A stretch of DNA of 63,786 bases, the filler included, from Candidatus Woesearchaeota archaeon (GTDB lineage Archaea > Nanobdellota > Nanobdellia > SCGC-AAA011-G17 > CAYFGV01): assembly GCA_964342845.1 (NCBI GenBank). It is 3 parts of 3 records of this genome, joined end to end, with 100 filler letters (N's around TTAATTAATTAA, not from the genome) between each part and the next. Parts side by side here need not be neighbours in the genome. Positions count along the whole stretch, not along the records: positions 1 to 28,524 come from CAYFGV010000007.1; 2 more parts are not named here. The stretch is one strand, 5' to 3'. Of this stretch, positions 1 to 8,083 are shown piece by piece. The position numbers and the translations under genes are program-made. Position 1 is the stretch's first letter. Every line of letters starts with the position of its first letter. The notes beneath the pieces are model-generated. The model made no database searches. It was not told the DNA's origin and was given only the letters and a program-made list of their open reading frames with translations.

Positions 1-1337
1 GCTGTGTGCAATTTAGTTGTTTGTTCAGATGAATCAGCTAAACCAGAACCAAACTTTCCTTTGGTAGCTGTTCTTGAAAGTTCTTGGTGTTTTAAAAATT
101 CCTTTTCAAATCCTTTTTCATCAACTTTTAGTTTTTTTTCCTTAGCTAACTCCTGAGTCATTTCTAAAGGAAAACCATAACTTTGGAAGAGTAAGAAAGC
201 TGTTTTTCCATCTATGTTTCCTTTTATTTTGTTAAATTGATTTAAACCTTTTACCAACGTTCTAGTAAATCTTTCCTCTTCTTTATCTAGTTCAGACAAA
301 ATGAAGTTTTTTCTTTTTTCTAGGTTAGGGTAATCTTTTTTGTATGTGTTTATAATTACTTTAGTTATTTTTTGGGTGAAATTTTCTTTTATTCCTAATA
401 ATCTTCCATGCCTAATTGCTGTTCTAATTAGTCTTCTTAAAACATATCCTCTGTCTAGATTGCTTGGAGGAACTCCATGTTCGTCTCCTAGGATAAATGT
501 TGATGCCCTTAAGTGGTCTGCTATAATTCTTATTGATTTTTCTTTTTTTGTTTTAGTTAGACTTTGTATTTTTTTTATTATGTCTTTGAATAAGTAAGTT
601 TCATAGACGTTGTTTTTGTTTTCTAGGATTATAACTAATCTTTCAAATCCTCCGCCGAAATCTACATTTTTATTTTTTAAATTCATTAAAGTGCCTTCTT
701 CTGTTTTGCTGTATTCCATGAAGACATTATTTCCTATTTCAACCCATGTTGGATTCTCTGGGTCAAATGTTTCTGGTGGTTTTTTATTAGAATTCCAATA
801 AAATATTTCAGTGCATGGTCCTTGAGGGCCTGGAAGTTTTCCTCCTGTAGGCCACCAATTTTCTTTTTTATTTAAAGCTGTTATTCTTTCTTTTTTTATT
901 CCTAAAGAGAGCCATACTTTATAAGATTCTTCATCTTTTGGAATTTCCTTGTCTCCTTTGAAAACAGAGATAGCTAATTTTTCTATTGGAAAGTTTAAGT
1001 ATTTTTTAGAGGTTAAAAATTCAAAAGTGTATTCTATAGCCTCTTTTTTAAAATAATCTCCTAATGACCAGTTTCCGAGCATTTCAAAGAATGTTAGATG
1101 TACATCATCCCCTACTTCGTTAATATCTCCTGTTCTTATGCATCTCTGAATATTAACTAATCTTTTTCCTTGTGGATGGGATTGTCCCATTAGATAGGGA
1201 ACTAAAGGATGCATTCCTGCTGTTGTGAATAAAACTGTTGGGTCGTTTTCAGGGATTAGAGAGTAGTTTTTTATTTGTTTATGTTTTTTAGATTTGAAAA
1301 ATTCTATGTATTTTTTCCTTAGGTCTTTAGGTTTCAT
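1..1337 (-). CDS. alaS: Alanine--tRNA ligase, short bacterial-like form (3' end runs off window)
   Basis: Manual translation from ATG at 1337: MKPKDLRKKYIEFFKSKKH..DPTVLFTTAGMHPLVPYL..QRCIRTGDI..HLTFFEMLGNWSLGDYFK..GPCTEIF..ADHLR..YVLRRLIR..FQSYGFP..GLAD..TKLHTA. Absent from the ORF track because there is no stop in the window. Confidence 0.97.
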   Translation of the reverse strand, partial: MKPKDLRKKYIEFFKSKKHKQIKNYSLIPENDPTVLFTTAGMHPLVPYLMGQSHPQGKRLVNIQRCIRTGDINEVGDDVHLTFFEMLGNWSLGDYFKKEAIEYTFEFLTSKKYLNFPIEKLAISVFKGDKEIPKDEESYKVWLSLGIKKERITALNKKENWWPTGGKLPGPQGPCTEIFYWNSNKKPPETFDPENPTWVEIGNNVFMEYSKTEEGTLMNLKNKNVDFGGGFERLVIILENKNNVYETYLFKDIIKKIQSLTKTKKEKSIRIIADHLRASTFILGDEHGVPPSNLDRGYVLRRLIRTAIRHGRLLGIKENFTQKITKVIINTYKKDYPNLEKRKNFILSELDKEEERFTRTLVKGLNQFNKIKGNIDGKTAFLLFQSYGFPLEMTQELAKEKKLKVDEKGFEKEFLKHQELSRTATKGKFGSGLADSSEQTTKLHT

Positions 1338-1415
1338 GAAGAATTAAAGGAAGTGGGTTTTTATAAAGATTTTTATTTCATAAATGTTATAAGGAAGAGG
1401 ATAATTTTAGGTTTT

Positions 1416-2345
1416 ATGGATTATTTAGTAACTGGAGGGGCTGGATTTATAGGAAGCAATTTAGTTAAAAGATTAGTAAAAGAAGGCCATAAAGTTACAG
1501 TTATAGATGATCTTTCTACTGGAAAGAGAGAGAATTTGATTGATGACGTGGTTTTTTATGAAAAGAATATATGCGATAATTTAAGTGATATTTTTAAGAA
1601 TAGATTTGATGCTGTTTTTCATTTAGCAGCTTTACCAAGAGTTCAATTTTCTATTAAAGAGCCTGTTAAAACAAATAATGCTAACATAAATGGTACTTTG
1701 AATTTGTTAAATTTTTGTAGGAATTTTAAAGTTAAAAGGTTTGTTTTTTCTTCTAGTTCGTCTGTTTATGGAGATCAAGAAGAATTGCCTTTGAATGAAG
1801 GAATGATTGCTAATCCTTTATCTCCTTATGCTTTGCAGAAATTAGTTGGGGAAGTATATTGTAAATTATTTAATTCTCTTTATGGTTTAGAGACTGTTGG
1901 GTTGAGGTATTTTAATGTTTATGGTCCTGGTCAAGATCCTGAAGGAGATTATGCGGGTTTAATTCCAAAATTTATTAGATTAATTAATGAAAGTGTTAGT
2001 CCTGTTATTTATGGAGATGGTGAACAGACAAGAGATTTTAGTTTTGTTTCTGATGTAGTTGAAGCTAATATTTTGGCTGCTAATGTTGAGAGTGGTTTTG
2101 GAGAGGTTTTCAATGTTGGTGGAGGTAATAATGTTTCTGTTAATGGTGTTACTAAACTTATCTTGAAATTCTCTGGGAAAAATGTAGATGTTATACATGG
2201 TGAGCCTGTTGTGGAGGCGAGACATTCTTTAGCAGATGTTGGAAAATCTAAGAGAATTTTGAGTTGGGAGCCAAAAGTTAAGTTTGAAGATGGATTGAAG
2301 AAAACTTATGAATATTTTACTAACCAAAATATAAACTCTCTTTAA
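1416..2345 (+). CDS. NAD-dependent nucleotide-sugar epimerase/dehydratase (GalE/WbpP-like extended SDR)
   Basis: VTGGAGFIG Rossmann motif, SSSSVYG, YALQK catalytic YxxxK, LRYFNVYGP, GDGEQTRDF. Start placed at ATG 1416 (MDYLVTGG). Confidence 0.93.
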   Translation: MDYLVTGGAGFIGSNLVKRLVKEGHKVTVIDDLSTGKRENLIDDVVFYEKNICDNLSDIFKNRFDAVFHLAALPRVQFSIKEPVKTNNANINGTLNLLNFCRNFKVKRFVFSSSSSVYGDQEELPLNEGMIANPLSPYALQKLVGEVYCKLFNSLYGLETVGLRYFNVYGPGQDPEGDYAGLIPKFIRLINESVSPVIYGDGEQTRDFSFVSDVVEANILAANVESGFGEVFNVGGGNNVSVNGVTKLILKFSGKNVDVIHGEPVVEARHSLADVGKSKRILSWEPKVKFEDGLKKTYEYFTNQNINSL

Positions 2346-2784
2346 ACTTTTTATTGTTTTTTAACCATCCGTCTTGTATTGTTTTTAGAGCTAGGTTTAG
2401 ATTTGATTTTATTTCTGGTAATTTTTTGTATATTTCATAAATTAGCTCAGCTTCTTTTGCTTCGTTTGGATTTATATCTTGTTCTATTGATTTTCTTTCA
2501 AAGATTACTAGTTTTTTATATAACTCAGCTAGTCCTTGTTTTTGTTTTTCTGAGAAAAATTTACTTTCGTGCATATTTGCTAGAGAACCATTTCCTGGAT
2601 AAATCATATTTTCTATTACTTTAGAAAAAAACATTATTTTCTCTACAAATCTTCTTCTTATTGATCTTAAAAAAAATTCTGAAGGTTCTATGTTTGATAG
2701 TTCTATTTCGTGATTCAGTTTAGCGAAAGGTGGCAGTTTGTAATCTTTTTTATATTCTCTATATATTAAATCTATATCTATCAT
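2320..2784 (-). CDS. Hypothetical protein
   Basis: 154-aa ORF with plausible composition and an upstream TATA-like element (TTTATAAA on the minus strand near 2810). Confidence 0.75.
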   Translation of the reverse strand: MIDIDLIYREYKKDYKLPPFAKLNHEIELSNIEPSEFFLRSIRRRFVEKIMFFSKVIENMIYPGNGSLANMHESKFFSEKQKQGLAELYKKLVIFERKSIEQDINPNEAKEAELIYEIYKKLPEIKSNLNLALKTIQDGWLKNNKKFKESLYFG

Positions 2785-2879
2785 TATTGATTTTTTAAAC
2801 TATAGTTTGTTTATAAAGGTATTGGATTGATGTTTTTTATTTAGAAAGATTAATAAATATTTATTCTTTTTAATTACTT

Positions 2880-3149
2880 ATGGGTTTATGGAATTCAAAA
2901 GCTATCTCAAGAATTGAAGGTTTAGAAGAAATCCCTGAGGAAGACTTGGGTCGTAATTGTGTGGAAGCTTTTAAGAAATTTGAAGAAAAAAAGAAAAATT
3001 GTCTCCATCCATGTGTTCAAAGATGGGGCCCTCTGATTAGTTTTCTTCCATATGGTGGTGTTAGAGTTGATGATTCTTATTCTTGTTTAGACTGTGGATA
3101 TCATAGTGAAACACCAATTGGGCCTTATGCTAAAGAAGAATTAAATTAG
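2880..3149 (+). CDS. Small hypothetical protein with possible Zn-ribbon
   Basis: CLHPC..CLDCG motifs. BRE/TATA-like GAAAGATTAATAAATA about 25 nt upstream. Confidence 0.6.
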   Translation: MGLWNSKAISRIEGLEEIPEEDLGRNCVEAFKKFEEKKKNCLHPCVQRWGPLISFLPYGGVRVDDSYSCLDCGYHSETPIGPYAKEELN

Positions 3150-3154
3150 TTTAA

Positions 3155-3241
3155 AGCTTCGGGTGAGATTTGAACTCACGACCTCAGCCTTTTTGTCTTT
3201 TGGTACCAAGGCTGTGCTCTACCATGCTAAGCCACCGAAGC
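3155..3241 (-). tRNA. tRNA-Thr(GGT) with 13-nt intron at 37/38 (3191-3203)
   Basis: Acceptor GCTTCGG/CCGAAGC, anticodon arm CAGCC-TTGGTA[CCAAAAGACAAAA]A-GGCTG, T-arm GTGAG-TTCAAAT-CTCAC. Confidence 0.92.
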
Positions 3242-3288
3242 CTGGTTTTTTGAGGATTTAATTGTTTATAAAATTTTAGAAAAAGAGT

Positions 3289-3768
3289 TTATTCTATGTC
3301 TAAGATATAACGTTCTTGGCTTGCTCTAAAAATTGTTATAAAATCATCTGGTTGTAACTCTAGATGAGCATCATAGAATCTTTTAAATGTGCCATCTCTT
3401 GTGTTTGCATCTGGAGCATATTCTAATAAGCGTTCTTCAACTTCTGTGTGTCTTGGATGGTTTAGATAAGAGCCGTCTGCGTCTCCAACAGAGTGTTCAC
3501 TTCCTCCATTTAAATGCATTACAAAGGATTTTACATCTGTTTCTAATACAAATTGTTCTTTATAACCTGGAAAGAATTCTTTTGTTTCTTTAGTAAGACA
3601 TATAATCCCATGGTCAAAATTACTTGGCACGATTTTTAAATCAACATAAGGTAGTTCTTCTGCAATATCTATTAAGTAGATGCCTTTTTCACTTTTAGTT
3701 ATTTCAGCTTTCTGACTAGGTGAAAGTTTTAATAGTTGATCTGTGATTTCTTCTATTGTTGGTGCCAT
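3289..3768 (-). CDS. Hypothetical protein, possibly a B3/EcoRII-N-like DNA-binding pseudobarrel
   Basis: 159-aa ORF with TATA upstream. FFPGYKEQFVLETD..FKRFYDAH..DFITI pattern; the fold guess is tentative. Confidence 0.6.
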   Translation of the reverse strand: MAPTIEEITDQLLKLSPSQKAEITKSEKGIYLIDIAEELPYVDLKIVPSNFDHGIICLTKETKEFFPGYKEQFVLETDVKSFVMHLNGGSEHSVGDADGSYLNHPRHTEVEERLLEYAPDANTRDGTFKRFYDAHLELQPDDFITIFRASQERYILDIE

Positions 3769-3802
3769 GTTTTTTGGAAAATGTTTTAGTTTATAAAGTT
3801 TA

Positions 3803-4630
3803 CTATTTTAGAGTGGTTAGTTGTCTTGGATTATATTTCCAGTGTTCTAGAATTTCGGGTCTTTCTTCAGCTGCTAGTTGGACTATGTAGTTGATTCCAC
3901 CTTCTTCTCTAAAATTTCTTTGTGTAATTCGATAAAGCTTCTCTCCATCTTTTCCGAATTTTTCTTCAAATTTTTTATTAGACCTTAAATACGTTGGATT
4001 AAATTTTTTGGACTCATCTCTGTTCCCCAGGTAGAAATCAAAGAATTTGATTAGTTGTTTAGTTCCATCTGATCTTAAAACTTCTTTTTTTGATGTATAA
4101 TTTTTGATCTCTGGTCTTTGTTGGGTTGTTAGTTGTATTAAATGTTGAAAGTCACCTTCTTGTTTTAGATTTCTTCTAGCATTTCTATAAAGGAGCTCGC
4201 CATTATTTCCGAATTCTTTTCTCAAATAACTTTGATTAAAAACTTGAAGTTCTTTTCTGTTTTTTAAGTAAAAGTCAAAGAATTTTAGTAGTTGTTTAGC
4301 GAATCTTGTTTTTTGAGATAAAGATCTTGCTTTTTTGTTTTTTATTTTTACAATGATCCTTCCATCACATCTTTCTCCTTCTAGGTATTCAGAGGAATCT
4401 TGATTAAATTTTTCTAATTCTTGTCTGTCTTCTAAATCTAAATTTAAATAATCATACATTAAAGTAGGTATTTCTATTAGAGATAATAATTCTGGTCTTA
4501 CTTCTGATTCTGTTAGATATGTTGTTAATGTTTTTTCAGTTTCTGGGTTTTCTAATGAAGATTCATCTATTCCGTCAAACTTATTATTCATTGCTAGTTC
4601 AAGCACTTCAAGGGTTTTTTCTAGGGACAT
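3803..4630 (-). CDS. Hypothetical protein with a tandemly duplicated ~78-aa domain
   Basis: KQLLKFFDFYLKNR..FNQSYLR..FGNNGELLYR..RN repeats as KQLIKFFDFYLGNR..FNPTYLR..FGKDGEKLYR..RN. Confidence 0.75.
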   Translation of the reverse strand: MSLEKTLEVLELAMNNKFDGIDESSLENPETEKTLTTYLTESEVRPELLSLIEIPTLMYDYLNLDLEDRQELEKFNQDSSEYLEGERCDGRIIVKIKNKKARSLSQKTRFAKQLLKFFDFYLKNRKELQVFNQSYLRKEFGNNGELLYRNARRNLKQEGDFQHLIQLTTQQRPEIKNYTSKKEVLRSDGTKQLIKFFDFYLGNRDESKKFNPTYLRSNKKFEEKFGKDGEKLYRITQRNFREEGGINYIVQLAAEERPEILEHWKYNPRQLTTLK

Positions 4631-4747
4631 TTTATGTATAAATTTCTTCTATTGTTCTTCTTTATAAAGATTGTTATTTTTATCATCTTATAGTGATAAT
4701 AACTAGATTTTGATGGTTTTAGAATATAAGAATAAACTAGGGAAAAA

Positions 4748-4890
4748 TGCGAGAGACCGGATTTGAACCGGCGAACGGACTAACCGACAGGATATCTTAT
4801 GATACAATCATAAGTGTCTTCTTAAGTCCTGCTCATATAGCCAACCCTTTCCTTTGTAAAGGATTTTTGACCAGACTTTGATACTCTCGC
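4748..4890 (-). tRNA. tRNA-Leu(TAA) with two introns: 30 nt at 21/22 (4837-4866) and 27 nt at 37/38 (4794-4820)
   Basis: Acceptor GCGAGAG/CTCTCGC-A, long variable arm, CAGGA-CTTAAG[intron]A-TCCTG. Both introns form BHB-like structures (central helices GGTC/GGCT and CTTA/TAAG). Removing them gives an 86-nt cloverleaf. Confidence 0.9.
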
Positions 4891-4993
4891 ATTAATTGCC
4901 TGGTCTTTTTTGATAGAAGTTAGAAGGTTTAAAAGTGTTTTGTTTTTTAATTAAATTAAGCTAAAAGTTTATAAACAACATTCATTTTATTTT

Positions 4994-5308
4994 ATGATGG
5001 TTAAATACTCTTTTCTTGGAAAAGATTTATTACTTGGCATTATAACATACTTATTAGTACAGACAGCGTATCCAAGTAGAATAATACAAACCCCACAGCA
5101 AGAAAATAAGTATTTAGAATCTGCTAATGTTAAACATGTTACAGAACAACACGATTCTACGGAGAGTCAAGGATATCCTTTTTTCATGCCTTGCGAATGG
5201 AATGGCGAAAAAACTTCTGCGGAATCGTTTATAGGCTCTGTTGAAACAAGAATCTCTCAACTTAAGGCAGAAGCAAGTTTAGATAATTTTTTAGAAGACA
5301 CATATTAG
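4994..5308 (+). CDS. Hypothetical protein with N-terminal hydrophobic segment
   Basis: 104-aa ORF with AAAGTTTATAAA promoter about 25 nt upstream. Confidence 0.55.
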   Translation: MMVKYSFLGKDLLLGIITYLLVQTAYPSRIIQTPQQENKYLESANVKHVTEQHDSTESQGYPFFMPCEWNGEKTSAESFIGSVETRISQLKAEASLDNFLEDTY

Positions 5309-5347
5309 AAATACAATTGTTGACAAATACTATTTAGAATAAACTTT

Positions 5348-5494
5348 TTATAATTTTTTTGTTATTTTCTCTTTTAAATTTGGTAGGTCTTTTTGACAAG
5401 GACTGCAGATAGGTTTTTTCTTTAAATAAGTCCCTTTAAGTTTACCTAGAAATGTTGTTTCAATTTTTTTCCCACATAGAGCGCATTTAGCCAT
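5348..5494 (-). CDS. Small CxxC...CxxC zinc-finger protein (48 aa)
   Basis: MAKCALCGKKIETTFLGKLKGTYLKKKPICSPCQKDLPNLKEKITKKL. Below the ORF track cutoff. Confidence 0.8.
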   Translation of the reverse strand: MAKCALCGKKIETTFLGKLKGTYLKKKPICSPCQKDLPNLKEKITKKL

Positions 5495-5525
5495 TTTTTA
5501 TAAAAAAAAGAAAAAAGTTAAGGTT

Positions 5526-5894
5526 TTACTCCTCGTCTTCTGAAGATTCTTTTTCGTCAGATGATTCGTCTTTTGATTCAGAGTCTTCATCTTTAGAATC
5601 TTCTTCATCACTTGAATCTTCATCTTCAGATTTGTCTTCTGAAGATTCTTCTTCATCAGATTCGTCTTCAGAGTCTGATTCTTCTTCGTCTTCTTTATCG
5701 TCTGAGGATTCCTCCTCTTGTTCTTCTGTATCTGAATCTTCCTCGTCGGATGATTCGCTTGAATTTGATTCGTCTTCTGACTTAGAGTCTTCATCTGAGG
5801 ATTCTTCTTCAGAAGTCTTTTCTTCTGTTGATTCTTCTTCTTGGTTTTCTTCCGCACCAAGTCCTTGTTCAAGTTCTTCTAATTTTATTTCCAT
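5526..5894 (-). CDS. Highly acidic D/E/S low-complexity protein
   Basis: 122 aa, almost only E/D/S/K after residue 14. Strong Shine-Dalgarno AGGAGGTG 8 nt before the ATG. Confidence 0.8.
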   Translation of the reverse strand: MEIKLEELEQGLGAEENQEEESTEEKTSEEESSDEDSKSEDESNSSESSDEEDSDTEEQEEESSDDKEDEEESDSEDESDEEESSEDKSEDEDSSDEEDSKDEDSESKDESSDEKESSEDEE

Positions 5895-5902
5895 CTTAAT
5901 CG

Positions 5903-5910
5903 CACCTCCT
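5903..5910 (-). promoter_or_regulatory. Shine-Dalgarno (AGGAGGTG) of the acidic protein gene
   Basis: + strand CACCTCCT, correct spacing to the ATG at 5894. Confidence 0.8.
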
Positions 5911-6064
5911 TAAGGTTAGAGTTGCGCGATTTTTACGCTTTATAATGTTTTCTATTCTTGAGAATGTATATGGTATTGATACTTTTTAAAGCTTTAACCT
6001 GCTTGAATTCGGGTGATTTGAGCTTATTGTAAAGGTTTATAAAACAGATATTTTTATTGTTTTT

Positions 6065-7147
6065 ATGAAAATTTATATTGAAGAATACGGATGTACAGCA
6101 AGTTATGATGATGCTAGAATTATTGAATGTTTATTGGAAAAAGAACATGAAATAGTTAGTGAATTTAGTTCTGCTGATGTTATTGTAGTACAAACTTGTG
6201 TTGTTAAAAAATCTACTGATAATAAAATTAAAACTAAGTTAAAAAAATTTCAAGATAAGAAATTAATTATTTCAGGTTGTATGGGAGAATCTCAATTTGA
6301 GGAATGTAAAATGCTTTTTCCTAATGCTTCTGTTATTAATACTTTTAATGTTTCTAAGATTAATAAAGTTGTAAGAGATTTAGAAAAAGGAAAGATAAAT
6401 TATTTTGTTGGAAAAAATAAAGAAGATAAACTTAAGTTATTTAAGAGAGTTGAAAAAGTTAGTTCATTACAGATAGGACAGGGTTGTTTGAGTGCTTGCT
6501 CATTTTGTGAAACTAAATTAGCTAAAGGAAATTTGAAGTCTTATAAAATTGAAAATATTGTAAAAGAATTTAAAAGATTGGTTAGTGGTGGTTGTAAAAG
6601 AGTTAATATTACTTCTACAGACAACGGTTGTTATGGTTTTGATATTGGTTGCAATTTAGTTGATTTACTTAAAGAGATTTTGAAAGTTGAAGGAGATTAT
6701 CTGATTAGAATTGGAATGATGAATCCTCTGTATTTGAATAAGTTTTTAGATGGGTTGATTGAGGTTTGTAAGGATGAAAGAGTCTTTAAGTTTTTACATG
6801 TTCCTGTTCAATCTGGAAGTGATAAGGTTCTTAAGGACATGCATAGAAATTATACTGTTGCAGATTTTAAAAGAATTATTAATAAGTTTAGAGAAGAGAT
6901 TCCTGAGATTCATATTTCTACAGATATTATTGTTGGTTTTCCTGGTGAAAGTGAAGCAGAATTTTTAGAAAGTGTTAGATTAGTTGAAGAACTAAACTTT
7001 GAAGTTTTAAATATTTCAAAATTTGGTGCTATGCCTAGGACTAAAGCTGCTAAGATGAAACAATTAAATAATTTAATTATTAAAGAGAGAAGTAGGAAGT
7101 TGAGTGAGATTTATAAAAATCAAATAAAAGATAAAAAAAATTTATAA
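6065..7147 (+). CDS. tRNA methylthiotransferase, MiaB/MtaB radical SAM family (no TRAM domain)
   Basis: UPF0004 N-terminal Cys (YGC, TCVVK, GC), CLSACSFC radical-SAM motif, HVPVQSGS, DIIVGFPGE. Confidence 0.92.
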   Translation: MKIYIEEYGCTASYDDARIIECLLEKEHEIVSEFSSADVIVVQTCVVKKSTDNKIKTKLKKFQDKKLIISGCMGESQFEECKMLFPNASVINTFNVSKINKVVRDLEKGKINYFVGKNKEDKLKLFKRVEKVSSLQIGQGCLSACSFCETKLAKGNLKSYKIENIVKEFKRLVSGGCKRVNITSTDNGCYGFDIGCNLVDLLKEILKVEGDYLIRIGMMNPLYLNKFLDGLIEVCKDERVFKFLHVPVQSGSDKVLKDMHRNYTVADFKRIINKFREEIPEIHISTDIIVGFPGESEAEFLESVRLVEELNFEVLNISKFGAMPRTKAAKMKQLNNLIIKERSRKLSEIYKNQIKDKKNL

Positions 7148-7936
7148 TTTACTCCAAGTTTCATTAAACATACCCTCTAATGCTTTTGCAAAAAATGGTG
7201 TGTTTACCCAAACTCCGACGTCGTATGTTGGATGTATTTCCTTGTCATTTGTTACCATAAATAATATTTCTTTTCCGTCGATAATACAGAATCTTGCGTC
7301 AATGTCTTTAATATCCTTAACTTCTGCAAACTTAGATAAGTTTTTTTGTGCTTCTTTTGTTTCGTCTGAGAATGGAAATGCCACTCTAAGTTTTACATTT
7401 CTTTTAGCAAGCTTACCAAATATTGGTGTTAATGCTTCAAGTTTTCTTAAAACTCCTTTTGATGTTGTAGCTAAAACTACAGATTCTTCTGCGTTCTTCA
7501 TCATCAGTTCTAGATGAGAGTATAGATTATGTCTTCCTCTTATTGCTCCAGATAGATCTGAAGGCTCTACAAATTCTATACCTTTTGTGTGCAATGTTGT
7601 TAACTCTGATAAAATATCTGTACCTGATAAATCTCTTAACCTTTGTATGTTTTGTTCTGCACCCATCTTTATGTTCTTTTTTACTCGTTCAACTACTTCT
7701 TGTGGTTCTACTGCAACATATTTAATTGGCTTTCCAAGTTTCATCACTACAAAACCTTTTTTCTCTAGAGATTCTAAAACATCGTATGCTCTAGATCTTG
7801 GTACATCTCCTATGTCTGACAATTCTCCTGCGGTAGAAACACCTCTAGAAAGCAAAGCAGTCCATATTTTTACTTCATACAGATTTAAACCAAAAATCTG
7901 CCGTAGTTTATTTAAAAAATCTTCTTTTACAATCAT
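7142..7936 (-). CDS. TrmB family transcriptional regulator
   Basis: GLNLYEVKIW..TAGELSD..VPRSRAYDVLESLEKKG HTH with a PLD-like C-terminal domain. SD AGGAGGGG upstream. Confidence 0.92.
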   Translation of the reverse strand: MIVKEDFLNKLRQIFGLNLYEVKIWTALLSRGVSTAGELSDIGDVPRSRAYDVLESLEKKGFVVMKLGKPIKYVAVEPQEVVERVKKNIKMGAEQNIQRLRDLSGTDILSELTTLHTKGIEFVEPSDLSGAIRGRHNLYSHLELMMKNAEESVVLATTSKGVLRKLEALTPIFGKLAKRNVKLRVAFPFSDETKEAQKNLSKFAEVKDIKDIDARFCIIDGKEILFMVTNDKEIHPTYDVGVWVNTPFFAKALEGMFNETWSKL

Positions 7937-8083
7937 TTTCTATAACCCCTCCTTAGAGGATAGCACCTCTTTTTTTATTTTGTTATTACTGAATGTTTTT
8001 ATTTTAAGTTTTTACTCTTCCTAAATATAAACTATGAGTTAATAGTAATATACTAGTATATAAAGATTCTTATGTTATAGAAT

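Noticed and set aside
340..801. Plus-strand ORFs 340-597 and 610-801, and the many other short antisense ORFs in the track
   Set aside because: They lie opposite well-supported genes (here alaS) and have no motifs.
5498..5913. Alternative-frame K/N/Q-rich ORF (5498-5872) and antisense poly-Ser ORF (5632-5913)
   Set aside because: Shadows of the low-complexity acidic gene, which has the SD and ATG.
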